Positions 9,226 through 19,120 are shown, counted from the first letter of the stretch. The stretch: DNA of 32,000 bases from Candidatus Hermodarchaeota archaeon (GCA_048886185.1 JBHLKY010000004.1:90001-122000), one strand, 5' to 3'. A program made the numbers and translations. The notes: generated by a model from the letters alone, not told the origin.

Positions 9226-9984
9226 CTAATATTCTTGTTTTCTCATAAAAATATGCTTTTTAGAAGAAAAATAAATAATTAAGAGTAAACTGATAAGGAT
9301 TCCTGGAATCAAAAGGATATAGGGATATATGATAACATCTAGCAAAAAATATAACAATAAAGGAATCAGCAAGAGCATAAGAAGACTGATACAAAAAAAA
9401 ATATGGGAATACAAATATTTGACTCTAATTTTCGGAGCTTCCTCGATGAATTCATGTCTCACTTTGTTTGAAGTTAATTGTAAATTTGATTCAAAAATTA
9501 ATAATGCTTCTTCCTGAATACTTGAGAGAGGTATCCGAGCATTCTGATACCATTTGTTTAATTTCATCAGTTCTAAACCCATGATTATTCGAAATAATAT
9601 GGTAATTCCTAAGAAAATATCAAGTAAATTAGGCAAGAGAGGATAATTTGGATTGTCAAAGAAACCTTGTTGTTGTGAAAAGAGATTATAAAAATGAATG
9701 TATGTAGCCATTATGAATACCACTCCTTGAGAGATTGGAATAGAGATATGAGGAAGTTTTGTTGTATAGATTTCAAGAGGAAGAACGATGACAACAGCTA
9801 TTAAAAATGCTGTAACAGGAACCAAGCTAATCTGATTGATTGTTTCGATAAGCAATAAGAAAAATATTAATCCTGTTGATATCCAAAATAACAACTGAAT
9901 GTTCTTTTCATATTTTGATTGAGCTCTTGAGGACCAGATACCTATTAATTCAGGACTCAAAGGGGAGCTCAAACTTGAACTCAT
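9226..9984 (-). CDS. Uncharacterised membrane protein (about 6 TM), last gene of the MoxR operon
   Basis: Hydrophobic ORF. ATG at 9984 overlaps the DUF58 gene stop (ATGA coupling), so I prefer it over the track start at 10002. Confidence 0.7.
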   Translation of the reverse strand: MSSSLSSPLSPELIGIWSSRAQSKYEKNIQLLFWISTGLIFFLLLIETINQISLVPVTAFLIAVVIVLPLEIYTTKLPHISIPISQGVVFIMATYIHFYNLFSQQQGFFDNPNYPLLPNLLDIFLGITILFRIIMGLELMKLNKWYQNARIPLSSIQEEALLIFESNLQLTSNKVRHEFIEEAPKIRVKYLYSHIFFCISLLMLLLIPLLLYFLLDVIIYPYILLIPGILISLLLIIYFSSKKHIFMRKQEY

Positions 9985-11348
9985 TGTAAATTCACCGCCC
10001 ATTGAGGGATAAGGGATTCTTCGTGACCAAATTCTTCTCTAAGCATGATTAAAAGGTTTTGTTCTACCGATTCAACTTTTAGGTACGTTCCTTGAACATC
10101 TTCTAGTATCTCACGAAGTTTTTGTTCTCTTTTAGAATACTTACGAGATACTCGTTCTTTTATGATGGATGCTTGTTGAAGTTTCTCTAAGGTATTTAAA
10201 TGCCTAATAGAGAGATCTGCATGTACTATCCCAAACTTATCTCCACGTAAATCAACAAAAATTATTTTATGACCAAATTTGGCCATTCTAGTTATAGATT
10301 TTAATTTTTCATTCAGAATTCCTTCAGTATCACTTATAATGACTAATAATCCACGAGTACCTTTCAAAGTGAGGATAAAAGGAAGGATGGATTCAAATCG
10401 GGCACGAGTCTTAGAAGCAATTTGATCAAATGTGAGTTTCGCGGTTTTTTCATATAAACGGGGGCTTTTAAGGGGTTTCAGGTATTTTTGTGGCTTTTCA
10501 TCAAATAAAATGAATCCAAAAGCATCATTTGTAATGGATGCCATTTCTGCTAATTCAAGAAGTGTTGTTAAGGCATATTCAAGCTTTCTAGAACGCATAG
10601 TCCAGCTTATGTCTATGGCGACTAAGATTCTGAAGACCAATTCATCAGTATACTCTTTTGATATTAGTTTTCCTTGTCTGGCACTAGCTTTCCAATAAAT
10701 TTTACGTGGTTCATCTCCACGAACGTACTCTCGTAATGAAAAGAACTCATCTCCTTGTCCTCGCCGACGATAAGCATGGTGTCCCCTGAGGATGTCTCTT
10801 ACCCTCTTTTTGTATTGTTTGTCCAAATGAATATATGGACGAGCAGGAATGACTCGTATTTGGACTGAATCTTCGATTTCATACGAATCGCGATATAATC
10901 CTAAAGGATCTCCTCGATAAATTAGGAGGGGATAAAATTCATGGAATCCACGTTTGGAAAAAGTAAAAATAAAAGAAAAGTTTCGTTTTTCTCTAGAATT
11001 TAGATGAATTGTTTGATGTGTAAATCCTTTCACCAGAAACACATCTTTCGTAAAGCGATTCTCAAAAGTAAGAGTAAGAGGATTATTTTGAGAGTTTTGA
11101 ATCTGCAAACGGCAAAGTAGAAATCCTCCTAGAGTCACAGTTGAAGAAGAAAATACACGAAAAACAGAAAAGTTACATGAATTTCGATAAAAACGAAGGC
11201 ATGGAAGGAAATAGAAAACTAATGCAAATGAGGGTAACCAGAGAAAAGTTAACCCAAAATTCATGCCTAAAAGGCCACCAATGAACGCTAGTGCTAGTAG
11301 AGCTTGGCCCTGAGGAGTAAGTTCGATTTTATGTGATAATTGATTCAC
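9981..11348 (-). CDS. DUF58 / vWA-like domain protein (MoxR partner) with N-terminal TM hairpin
   Basis: GDEFFSLREYVRGDEPRKIYWKASARQGKLISKEY is the DUF58 signature. MIDAS-like AIDISWTM and IISD. Adjacent to moxR. Confidence 0.9.
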   Translation of the reverse strand: MNQLSHKIELTPQGQALLALAFIGGLLGMNFGLTFLWLPSFALVFYFLPCLRFYRNSCNFSVFRVFSSSTVTLGGFLLCRLQIQNSQNNPLTLTFENRFTKDVFLVKGFTHQTIHLNSREKRNFSFIFTFSKRGFHEFYPLLIYRGDPLGLYRDSYEIEDSVQIRVIPARPYIHLDKQYKKRVRDILRGHHAYRRRGQGDEFFSLREYVRGDEPRKIYWKASARQGKLISKEYTDELVFRILVAIDISWTMRSRKLEYALTTLLELAEMASITNDAFGFILFDEKPQKYLKPLKSPRLYEKTAKLTFDQIASKTRARFESILPFILTLKGTRGLLVIISDTEGILNEKLKSITRMAKFGHKIIFVDLRGDKFGIVHADLSIRHLNTLEKLQQASIIKERVSRKYSKREQKLREILEDVQGTYLKVESVEQNLLIMLREEFGHEESLIPQWAVNLQ

Positions 11349-11364
11349 GAGGAAACCTCAACTA

Positions 11365-12306
11365 TTACAGAATTACTTCAGTTGATTTCAGGATATTATC
11401 AACAATCTGAATGACAGGAACTTTGTCCATTTCTGTTTCAGGTGATAGAATTAATCTATGATTTACAACTGGGAAAAATAACATTTTAACATCATCTGGT
11501 TCAACATAATCTCTTCCTAAAAGAGCTGCATGAGCTTGTGCAACCGTCATTAACGATATAGATGCACGAGGGGAACCACCAAGTGTTAATCCGTAGTGTT
11601 CACGGGTTTTTCTCATAAGGTTGACAATATATTCCATAATTTTATCAGATACCAAAACGTCTTGTCGTACAAATTGTTGAATCTTGAGGATAAGATCTGC
11701 GGTACCTAGTCTCTGAACAGGAAGAATATCTTGTTTCTGTTTTAATTGCAGCATATTTATTTCAGAATCCTTATTTGGATAGGAAATTAATTGTCGTATG
11801 AGAAATCGGTCTAATTGAGCCTCAGGAAGTGGGTAAACACCTGCCTGTTCAATAGGATTCTGAGTAGCCATCACAAGAAAGGGTTTAGGGAGTTTGTATG
11901 TTATTCCTTCATGACTTACTTGACGCTCTTGCATTGCCTCTAAAAGAGCTGATTGAGTTTTTGGCGGAGCACGACTAATTTCATCACAAAGAATTATATT
12001 GGAAAATACTGGTCCTTTAATGAAAGAAAATTCTTGAGTTTTTAAATTAAAAACAGAGACACCCGAAATATCTCCAGGCATTAGATCTGGTGTAAACTGA
12101 ATTCGTTTAAAAGCTAGCCCTAAAATCTCTGCAAGAGAATAAGCCATCATAGATTTAGCAATACCCGGAACCCCCTCGAGTAAAACATGCCCATTTGCAA
12201 AGAAGCATGCCAAAATATTTTTCACCGCGTAATCTAGACCAACTACTCGTTGATTAATTTCTTGGACTATACTGTTAACAATATCTTTGATCTCATTGGG
12301 ATCCAT
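11365..12306 (-). CDS. moxR: MoxR-family AAA+ ATPase
   Basis: HVLLEGVPGIAKS (Walker A), RIQFTPDLMPGDISG, ILCDEISRAPPKTQSALLEAMQE, ATQNPIEQAGVYPLPEAQLDRF, GGSPRAS, and NHRL. Confidence 0.95.
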   Translation of the reverse strand: MDPNEIKDIVNSIVQEINQRVVGLDYAVKNILACFFANGHVLLEGVPGIAKSMMAYSLAEILGLAFKRIQFTPDLMPGDISGVSVFNLKTQEFSFIKGPVFSNIILCDEISRAPPKTQSALLEAMQERQVSHEGITYKLPKPFLVMATQNPIEQAGVYPLPEAQLDRFLIRQLISYPNKDSEINMLQLKQKQDILPVQRLGTADLILKIQQFVRQDVLVSDKIMEYIVNLMRKTREHYGLTLGGSPRASISLMTVAQAHAALLGRDYVEPDDVKMLFFPVVNHRLILSPETEMDKVPVIQIVDNILKSTEVIL

Positions 12307-13546
12307 TTATTTTCTCTCCAATCCTTTTTTCTTGTTCTTGGATTTGTTTAATCAAATTTTTAGACATTTTAACATCAATATATCGGTACATCAAATAATC
12401 TTCATATTCCATTCTTGTTAGAGGAGACATTTTGGAGGATGATAGCCGAATTTCATCAGCTATAATAGCACGATAGAGATCTGGGAGCGTACTTCTTTTT
12501 ATTAAACGCCCTAGTTCGTTTTCTTCCTCTGATTGGATGAAAGCAGGTATTGCGTGTACCTCTTTCTGAACTTGGAGTGAAGATCGAATATTAGTAGTTA
12601 CCTGGTGAATTTTTTCGGTTTTCTTTATTCCAATAATCCCACCAAGTATAATTAGTGTGATTATTGCTATCAACGGGGAATGAAATACTCCCATTATCAA
12701 AACTCCAGCTGTTCCTATAGCTGCTTTCCCAGTAGGAGGTATCCATAGTTTTCTACTTTCATCAAAAAGTATTTTATTGTTTCCATTTGCTATTAAATAA
12801 GATAATAAGTTGACTAGCCACAGTTGATTATCTCTTTTATCAATTATATCATTTGTAGGAAATGCAGAGTCCCCAATTACAATGAATTTTCCTCCACTTT
12901 TCTCAAACCTCAAAATTCCTCCCAAATAACAATTTTCAACCACAGATTCATTTGTACGGTAGAATCTACCATCATGGTTCATATCCTCCCATGTTTTTCC
13001 TTCAGTGATAAATAATGGAAAAAAAGTTGTTTCCTCAATAAATCGTGATCTTTGAACCCTAACAGCTCTATTGAATACCATTGTGTAAATTGAAGGCTCA
13101 TGTTCTGGAATACCTATACCAGATTGGTTAATAATAGGTAAAAATGGATTTCGATCATGAAAATCTTGGTCAATTACTGTTCCACCGAGGGTGATCCCAA
13201 AAGCAGAAGTCAGTATTCTTGAATAACCATGATCTTCAAAGAGGATTACGTCTCCACCATTTTCCACAAATTGTCGTAAATAATTGCTATCTTCGGTGAA
13301 ATAAGGTAAACTCCCCCCTACGATAATGATCATATCAGTTTTAACATTTCCTAGTAATCTAAGAGGAGTTGTGGTATCACTCACGCTGACATTTCCGATT
13401 GAAGATATCAATGATTTAAAGTCAGAAAGTCCATTCCAACTTGTATTTTCTAATGTAAATGGTGCTGGTTGAAGAGGAGGTATCACTAATATTGAGAGTA
13501 AAATGAATGCAAGACCGAACAAGTATTCTCGTCGCATTTTTCTCAA
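12293..13546 (-). CDS. DUF4350-like membrane-anchored protein
   Basis: N-terminal TM, then ENTSWNGLSDF, GGDVILFED, GKFIVIGDSAFPTND and ILFDES, then a C-terminal TM. Start revised to TTG13546, which sits 7 nt downstream of a GGAGGT SD motif and avoids a 50-nt overlap. Confidence 0.75.
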   Translation of the reverse strand: MRKMRREYLFGLAFILLSILVIPPLQPAPFTLENTSWNGLSDFKSLISSIGNVSVSDTTTPLRLLGNVKTDMIIIVGGSLPYFTEDSNYLRQFVENGGDVILFEDHGYSRILTSAFGITLGGTVIDQDFHDRNPFLPIINQSGIGIPEHEPSIYTMVFNRAVRVQRSRFIEETTFFPLFITEGKTWEDMNHDGRFYRTNESVVENCYLGGILRFEKSGGKFIVIGDSAFPTNDIIDKRDNQLWLVNLLSYLIANGNNKILFDESRKLWIPPTGKAAIGTAGVLIMGVFHSPLIAIITLIILGGIIGIKKTEKIHQVTTNIRSSLQVQKEVHAIPAFIQSEEENELGRLIKRSTLPDLYRAIIADEIRLSSSKMSPLTRMEYEDYLMYRYIDVKMSKNLIKQIQEQEKRIGEKINGSQ

Positions 13547-13550
13547 TAAT

Positions 13551-14276
13551 TTAACCTCCTTTGCTGTCTGATTTCCATTTAAGGACTTGTTCATCAACAA
13601 TCATTAGTTTAAAACATTCTATGAACTCTTCTAAGTCCTTTCGTGAGGCGGGTTTTTGTCCATATGTAATAAGGTAAAACTGCTCAACAACAGTTATCAT
13701 TGCCTCATGATTGAAATAGGGAATTTTCAGTAAAGAAAATTCTCTAGGTGTTAACCATCCTGGTCTTGAGATCTTTGAGTACTCCTTTAGTGCTGCATCT
13801 AATCGTTCAAAGCCTTCTGTTATTCCTTGATTAAAACGACCATCTAAACACTCGTTAAGAAATCTAATGATCTCCTCAATTCGTTTTCCAAGAGTTTGAC
13901 GTCTGATTTCAAGCTCTTTGGTCTCTGCTTTAACAGATTCAGTTATTTTTTCTTCCATTTGATTTTTCTTACGTCGTTGTGTTATAATCATTGATATGCC
14001 AAGGATTGAAACCATTAATAGAAAGATGATGATGATAATCCATACACCAGTTTCACCAAGTCCAAAAGTTCCACCAATAATTGGAATATCAATTGAAGGG
14101 AATTCAAAGTCAAAAATAAAGGGATTAAACTGAGATATAGGGTCATCTGTTAACGAAACATAATCGTAATCCTTTTGTTTTTGATAAGGAGAGTTATTAC
14201 TCCCACCATCAACGACAATAAAAATACTAGCAAGAAGGATTAACAGAAGTACTATTAATGTTTTATTGAATTTCAT
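13551..14276 (-). CDS. DUF4129-like membrane protein
   Basis: Signal/TM plus a second TM, then the C-terminal GWLTPREF...FYLITYG motif typical of DUF4129. Context next to DUF4350-MoxR-DUF58 agrees. Confidence 0.7.
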   Translation of the reverse strand: MKFNKTLIVLLLILLASIFIVVDGGSNNSPYQKQKDYDYVSLTDDPISQFNPFIFDFEFPSIDIPIIGGTFGLGETGVWIIIIIFLLMVSILGISMIITQRRKKNQMEEKITESVKAETKELEIRRQTLGKRIEEIIRFLNECLDGRFNQGITEGFERLDAALKEYSKISRPGWLTPREFSLLKIPYFNHEAMITVVEQFYLITYGQKPASRKDLEEFIECFKLMIVDEQVLKWKSDSKGG

Positions 14277-15072
14277 CTATTAAATCCCCTAGCTGCGGTT
14301 TTTGCTTTGATCGTGAGAATTTTTTCTTATGAATATAGAATGAACATGTGACTTGATTCCATTTATTGTTGCAGACATTCGGGATGAAGAAATCCTTTTT
14401 ATTTGAAATGGTGCATTTGTTTTGATAATTCAAGTAACGACAGAGAGTTTGGTTTGAATCTTGTCTATCAGGTTGAGCAAGAAACACCTGAGGAGGAACT
14501 GCACGAAATGTATATCTTTTTCCAATAAGATATCCAAATAACGCTGGGATGATCATTGTCAGCGAAAGCATTAGAATTCCTTGTCCTAGAACTATTAATA
14601 GCATAAAAATTACAGTAGAAATTAATAATATACCTATAGAAGGTATTAAAGAACCCAAGCCTGTGAGAGTAAAGAGAAGAAACAGGAATAAGGTCACTAT
14701 TGTACCTATGAAGATAGGTGGGGCAAATAAAATTGAACGATCGTGTTGTGGGCCAAAAACACTTCCTGTAAGAAATCCAGCAAGGAACCATGGAAGTTCA
14801 CTTAAAAAGAACAAAAGCGGATTCGTTGTAATGAAAAAAAATGGAGATAGTGAAATCATTATTAACGGGGTTAACAAGTCTAATTCAGGTAATCCAGTTA
14901 CTCCTAAAAACATAAGTCCTCCAATATAGTTTGGATCAAGCTTCAATAGTAGCACGATAACCTCGAAAAAAATAATATGAATACTAAATCCTGTGAATAA
15001 TAAGAAAAATCCAGCTTTTAATTTTCCTGCGTTATCACTTGATTTTAGTCTTGTAATCCGTCTGAATGGCAT
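14263..15072 (-). CDS. Uncharacterised polytopic membrane protein with C-terminal 4-Cys motif
   Basis: About 5-6 TM segments, then CRYL-x5-CTI-x11-CNN-x6-CSFY. Confidence 0.7.
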   Translation of the reverse strand: MPFRRITRLKSSDNAGKLKAGFFLLFTGFSIHIIFFEVIVLLLKLDPNYIGGLMFLGVTGLPELDLLTPLIMISLSPFFFITTNPLLFFLSELPWFLAGFLTGSVFGPQHDRSILFAPPIFIGTIVTLFLFLLFTLTGLGSLIPSIGILLISTVIFMLLIVLGQGILMLSLTMIIPALFGYLIGKRYTFRAVPPQVFLAQPDRQDSNQTLCRYLNYQNKCTISNKKDFFIPNVCNNKWNQVTCSFYIHKKKFSRSKQKPQLGDLIDEIQ

Positions 15073-15079
15073 ATGAGTG

Positions 15080-16810
15080 CTAGCTCGCGTCTTTTCTAAC
15101 CTCCTTTAATGAGTTTCCAAGTATCTTGTTCTTATGAATCTGGTATTCAGGAAATACTGGAGAATAATTGAAAAAAAAGGTAATAATAAAACGATATATG
15201 AAGAATGTAAGGAACAATCCCCCCATAAATACGAATACTAATCCCAGAATATCTTGGGTCACAACTGCTCGCATGAAACCAACAATCATAAATCCAATGA
15301 GTATTATAAAAATTAATAATATTAATACAAGAAAGTAACAGAATAATACTAACATACCTGCGGTTCTATTGAATAATAAAGAGATAATTACGTTTATTAA
15401 CGTTGTGAGGCCCATTAAAAAATAAAAGATTAATATTGGGTTAATTATAGATCCTAAACCATCCATTTGACCAAAAATAAGGATAGTTAGAGGTGCAAGC
15501 AGGAACGCCATACTTGCTAGAGATGTAATTCCTAATATATATGTTTCTGACTGGGAGAGAGCTTTGAGGTGTAGTTCTATTAAGGGAGTAACTTTTTTAT
15601 TGCAATGTGGACATAAAGAAGTTGTTTCTGAAATGAAACCGCTGCAATGAGAGCAGATTACAAAAGAACTAGCTCCACAGGTTGAACATGTACCTAATAT
15701 GAGAGGATTGAAACAAAATGGACAAGAAATATGCTTTCTTAATTTATTTACACTAATATGTGTTAAAATTCTTGGAACAGGAATATTTTTGTGAATGTCT
15801 AAGGTCTTATTTGAGTAATATCCATTGTGGAAATGAGGATTTAATACTTCCAATCCACATGTAAGACAAATTTCTGGTTGGTTTCTAAAATTATTTATTA
15901 TTTCAAACAATAAAAGGAGAACGGCAAATATTCCAAATATTGCTAAGACGCTATAGAGCTCAATTACTGCATCTGGAAGATAAACACCATAAATTACGTT
16001 AATTGTATTCCAGAAGGAATGAAATCCCCAACCCAAAATAAAATAACCACTGCTTGTAAGTATTGCCGTCCTACTATTCTGTTTTTCTACCAAACTTATT
16101 TTCAACTTACCAATTCCAAGAGATATAAGAAATGTTGCTAATATGTGTAATGGAAAAAGGGTTCGAAATAAAATTTGGAAAAAAATCCCTTCTGTTGATC
16201 CAGAGGCGTCAACGGCACTCCACTGATTCAAGAATAATTCTAAGAATGTGAAGATTGTTCCACTTACGATACCATAGAAACCAATCTGCCTAAGTGTTGC
16301 TACAGAGAAGTGGGTTTCAAATTCTGAAGTTGAATCACTAATTTCTGGGTTAAATAACACAATAGGAGATTGCAATATTACTATTAAAGGTATTATCTTC
16401 ATGAATTCTTCGTTTGCTGGAAGAATGATTCCAAAAATCAGCTCAGTGACTACAAATAGCTCTATGGTTGTTGATTCTAGAATAAATAATCCGGAAATGG
16501 CTTCTAGAAGGAGCAAAATTAATCGCTGATTTAGCAGTAGTGCTCCTAATACTACTAGGATACTTCCAAATAGAACAGGGAAGAATGTTTTTCTGATTGA
16601 TGAAATTTCTGGTCTTAAAGTTAAAAATGATCCAGCTAAGGGAGTCCAAATTCCTAAAAACAAAAGTGGTCCAAGATATTGCGTTAGAGTCCAGATAAAA
16701 GGATCCCAATTAGAAATCCAAGTAAGCCCAAAAAGAATTATTAGACTTGTGAAAGTTAAGACGCTAGTAATTCTAAGGAGAAGTGAAACTCGGTTATTTC
16801 TTTTATCCAT
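15080..16810 (-). CDS. PrsW-family glutamic intramembrane protease fused to zinc ribbons and extra TM helices
   Basis: All four PrsW motifs are present in order: PANEEFMK, FTFLE, RTLFPLH, GWGFHSFWN. Then CLTC..HFH, CPFC..CSTC, CSHC..CPHC, and about 4 more TM helices. Confidence 0.85.
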   Translation of the reverse strand: MDKRNNRVSLLLRITSVLTFTSLIILFGLTWISNWDPFIWTLTQYLGPLLFLGIWTPLAGSFLTLRPEISSIRKTFFPVLFGSILVVLGALLLNQRLILLLLEAISGLFILESTTIELFVVTELIFGIILPANEEFMKIIPLIVILQSPIVLFNPEISDSTSEFETHFSVATLRQIGFYGIVSGTIFTFLELFLNQWSAVDASGSTEGIFFQILFRTLFPLHILATFLISLGIGKLKISLVEKQNSRTAILTSSGYFILGWGFHSFWNTINVIYGVYLPDAVIELYSVLAIFGIFAVLLLLFEIINNFRNQPEICLTCGLEVLNPHFHNGYYSNKTLDIHKNIPVPRILTHISVNKLRKHISCPFCFNPLILGTCSTCGASSFVICSHCSGFISETTSLCPHCNKKVTPLIELHLKALSQSETYILGITSLASMAFLLAPLTILIFGQMDGLGSIINPILIFYFLMGLTTLINVIISLLFNRTAGMLVLFCYFLVLILLIFIILIGFMIVGFMRAVVTQDILGLVFVFMGGLFLTFFIYRFIITFFFNYSPVFPEYQIHKNKILGNSLKEVRKDAS

Positions 16811-16858
16811 CTTTGATATTTTATTGTATAATATTATAATCTCTCCAATAAACAGATT

Positions 16859-18457
16859 TTACTCAATAGTGTGTTTAAATCCATCATAAGCCCATCCTAA
16901 ACTTACAGTTCTATACGCTTCCAAGAGACGATTAGAAATAACATAGATAATTGAAGTTATGAGTCCAGAACTGAAGAGAAAATATAGTGATGAAGAAAAT
17001 AAGATCTCAATGTATCCGATGAAATAAGATCCAATAGAGAAAATGAATATTATTCCAAGAGTTGTCCAAAAATATCTTCTAGTAAATCTCCAAGAACGTC
17101 TGAGACTAAGGATAACTCCACTTTCGTCATCAAAAACGATGGACATATTAACATAAGTAAAAAGAATACTAATGAGAAGAATTACAATAACAGCACCAAA
17201 TACTGCAAAAAGAACTAGAAAAGAAAATACTAACAACATCAAGTAGCTTGAGTTGTAACTCCAAATAGGAGAAAGGATCAATCCTGAAAGAAAAAGCAAG
17301 ATGAAAATAAATCCAAAAGCTAAAGCTAAAATTATTCCCAAGATGAGGAGTTGAGCTATCAGTGCTTTGGGAAGAAACTTGAGACTCCCTTTGAAACTTT
17401 TACCAATATTAAAGGGAGTTTCTCTGTTAATCTCTTTAAGACTATTATAATACCAACATTGGAAGAAAATATTCATGACAAAAGAAATTATGGTTAGAAT
17501 AATGAGAGATGAGAAAGAATAAACAATTTGTTCTGCAGATCTATATGAAAAAGGCGAGAAAAGACCTGATAAGATAGAACTGGGATCATAAATGTAACCA
17601 GTATTCAAACCAAGAAGAATTAATCCTCCATCTGTTATCATGCCAAATAAAAAAATCAAAAAGAGTTGAGGATAAGTTCTTAAGTAATAAATTCCATTTT
17701 GTAAGATCGAACTAGCGTTTAATGTTATTTCTCTCGGGATTTTGAAACCCAATTGTGGGGGGTGGTGGGTGGTAGGAGCTAATGATTGATGACCGCAAAC
17801 AGGACAGCGTACTTGAGATAGGACTTCAAAATTAGTTTGTGATCCATTTTTAAATAGCTGAAGAGAGATTAACTTAGCTTTTTCGCGATCTTGTTGTTGG
17901 AGTATATTTTTTGTTATCGCTTTTGATAATGATTCATCAAGAGAGGTTCGTGATACAAGTATTTGTAGATTTGGATTGATTTCAGTCATTATAGCTGAGT
18001 CACGATCGCAATACCACCAATCTATTGGCCTCTTTTGGTGATAAATTAATAAATTGTAACCACAATTTCTGCAATAATCTCCTATTGTGAGTTGTCCACA
18101 CGCAGGACATTCAATAAAAGATTCTTTAGGGAGTATTGGTTCTTGCTCTGTTTTTGCATAATCCAGAGGTTTTTCAATTAAAGATTGACTACAATTAGGA
18201 CAGAAAAGACGAGATGAGTCAATAGTAATTCCACAGGTTGAACATTGACGTAATTGCTGTTTATCAGCTTCGAAAGGATTTCCACATTCAAAACAAAATC
18301 TTCCGTCTTTTGGGTTAACCATACTACATTTTGGGCAATATTTTGTAGTATCTGGTTGAAAAAATTCCATTTCTGAGCGTATAGATAAATTTATTCCACA
18401 ATTAAAACAGAATTGAGCGCTTTCAGGATTTAGGGTGTTACATTTATGACATTGCAT
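16859..18457 (-). CDS. Multi-zinc-ribbon protein fused to a ~6-TM membrane domain
   Basis: Four CxxC..CxxC pairs (CHKC/CFNC, CPKC/CFEC, CSTC/CPNC, CPAC/CRNC) plus CDRD...CPVC. C-terminal membrane domain with SLRRSWRFTRRYFWTTLGI resembles the membrane proteins found in bacterial DUF4129-MoxR operons. Confidence 0.8.
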   Translation of the reverse strand: MQCHKCNTLNPESAQFCFNCGINLSIRSEMEFFQPDTTKYCPKCSMVNPKDGRFCFECGNPFEADKQQLRQCSTCGITIDSSRLFCPNCSQSLIEKPLDYAKTEQEPILPKESFIECPACGQLTIGDYCRNCGYNLLIYHQKRPIDWWYCDRDSAIMTEINPNLQILVSRTSLDESLSKAITKNILQQQDREKAKLISLQLFKNGSQTNFEVLSQVRCPVCGHQSLAPTTHHPPQLGFKIPREITLNASSILQNGIYYLRTYPQLFLIFLFGMITDGGLILLGLNTGYIYDPSSILSGLFSPFSYRSAEQIVYSFSSLIILTIISFVMNIFFQCWYYNSLKEINRETPFNIGKSFKGSLKFLPKALIAQLLILGIILALAFGFIFILLFLSGLILSPIWSYNSSYLMLLVFSFLVLFAVFGAVIVILLISILFTYVNMSIVFDDESGVILSLRRSWRFTRRYFWTTLGIIFIFSIGSYFIGYIEILFSSSLYFLFSSGLITSIIYVISNRLLEAYRTVSLGWAYDGFKHTIE

Positions 18458-18661
18458 ATCAATCCTTCCAAACCCTATTATTAATTTCTTCTAAGTTGTG
18501 GGCCCTCATTTTCCTTTCTAATGTTTATTAAATTTCTATATTAAAATTATTGCGATACAAGAAATGGAATAATTGAGTTATTAGCTATAGTTCTATATTC
18601 TTGGACATTTTATATTTAAGTTGTCTCAAAATTTTTAACACATTGAAAAGAAGATGAAATA

Positions 18662-19120
18662 TTGATAATAATGAGAGCTAGTAAGCAAGAAGACATCTCC
18701 AAAGTCATTGAATTAATGAATATTTGCTTTAAAGATGAAATAGACCGTGGAATGGAGTTACCAACTCCTTCTCTCATAACTTCAAAGATTGAACAGGAAA
18801 AAGTTATTCTTCTAGTGGACGAGGAAGATAAAAAACTTATTGCTTTTTCTTTGATAAAAGCAGAAACGACTGAAAACCCAGCACAGATACAGATGTTAGG
18901 AGTAGATCCAAGTTACCAACGTAATGGGATTGGGACACGATTAGTTGAAGCCTGTTTAGATCTAGCACGAGAAAAAGACTGGAAGAAGGTAAAAATATTT
19001 GTGAGACCCTGGAATGTACCCATGAGAAAAATCATTGGGCATTTTGAATTCATTCCTGAAGGATATTTAAGGAAAGAATTCTTGAGCGAAGATTTAATCG
19101 TATATTCTTTCTTTCGGTGA
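18662..19120 (+). CDS. GNAT-family N-acetyltransferase
   Basis: Acetyl-CoA motif A LGVDPSYQRNGIGTRLVEAC and C-terminal N..MRK...HFEF. Start may be ATG18671. Confidence 0.9.
   Translation: MIIMRASKQEDISKVIELMNICFKDEIDRGMELPTPSLITSKIEQEKVILLVDEEDKKLIAFSLIKAETTENPAQIQMLGVDPSYQRNGIGTRLVEACLDLAREKDWKKVKIFVRPWNVPMRKIIGHFEFIPEGYLRKEFLSEDLIVYSFFR

Noticed and set aside
11970-12000. MoxR DEISR instead of the usual DEINR as a sign of inactivation
   Set aside because: The Walker B acidic pair, Walker A Lys and arginine finger (LDRF) are intact, so this single change is not evidence of lost function.
12293-13600. Track start at 13600 for the DUF4350-like gene (50-nt overlap)
   Set aside because: TTG13546 has a well-spaced GGAGGT and removes the overlap.
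17754-17777. G-rich tract GGGGGGTGGTGGGTGGTAGG as a G-quadruplex or regulatory repeat
   Set aside because: It is fully explained by the minus-strand coding sequence PTTHHPPQ, and most G-runs are only 2 nt.
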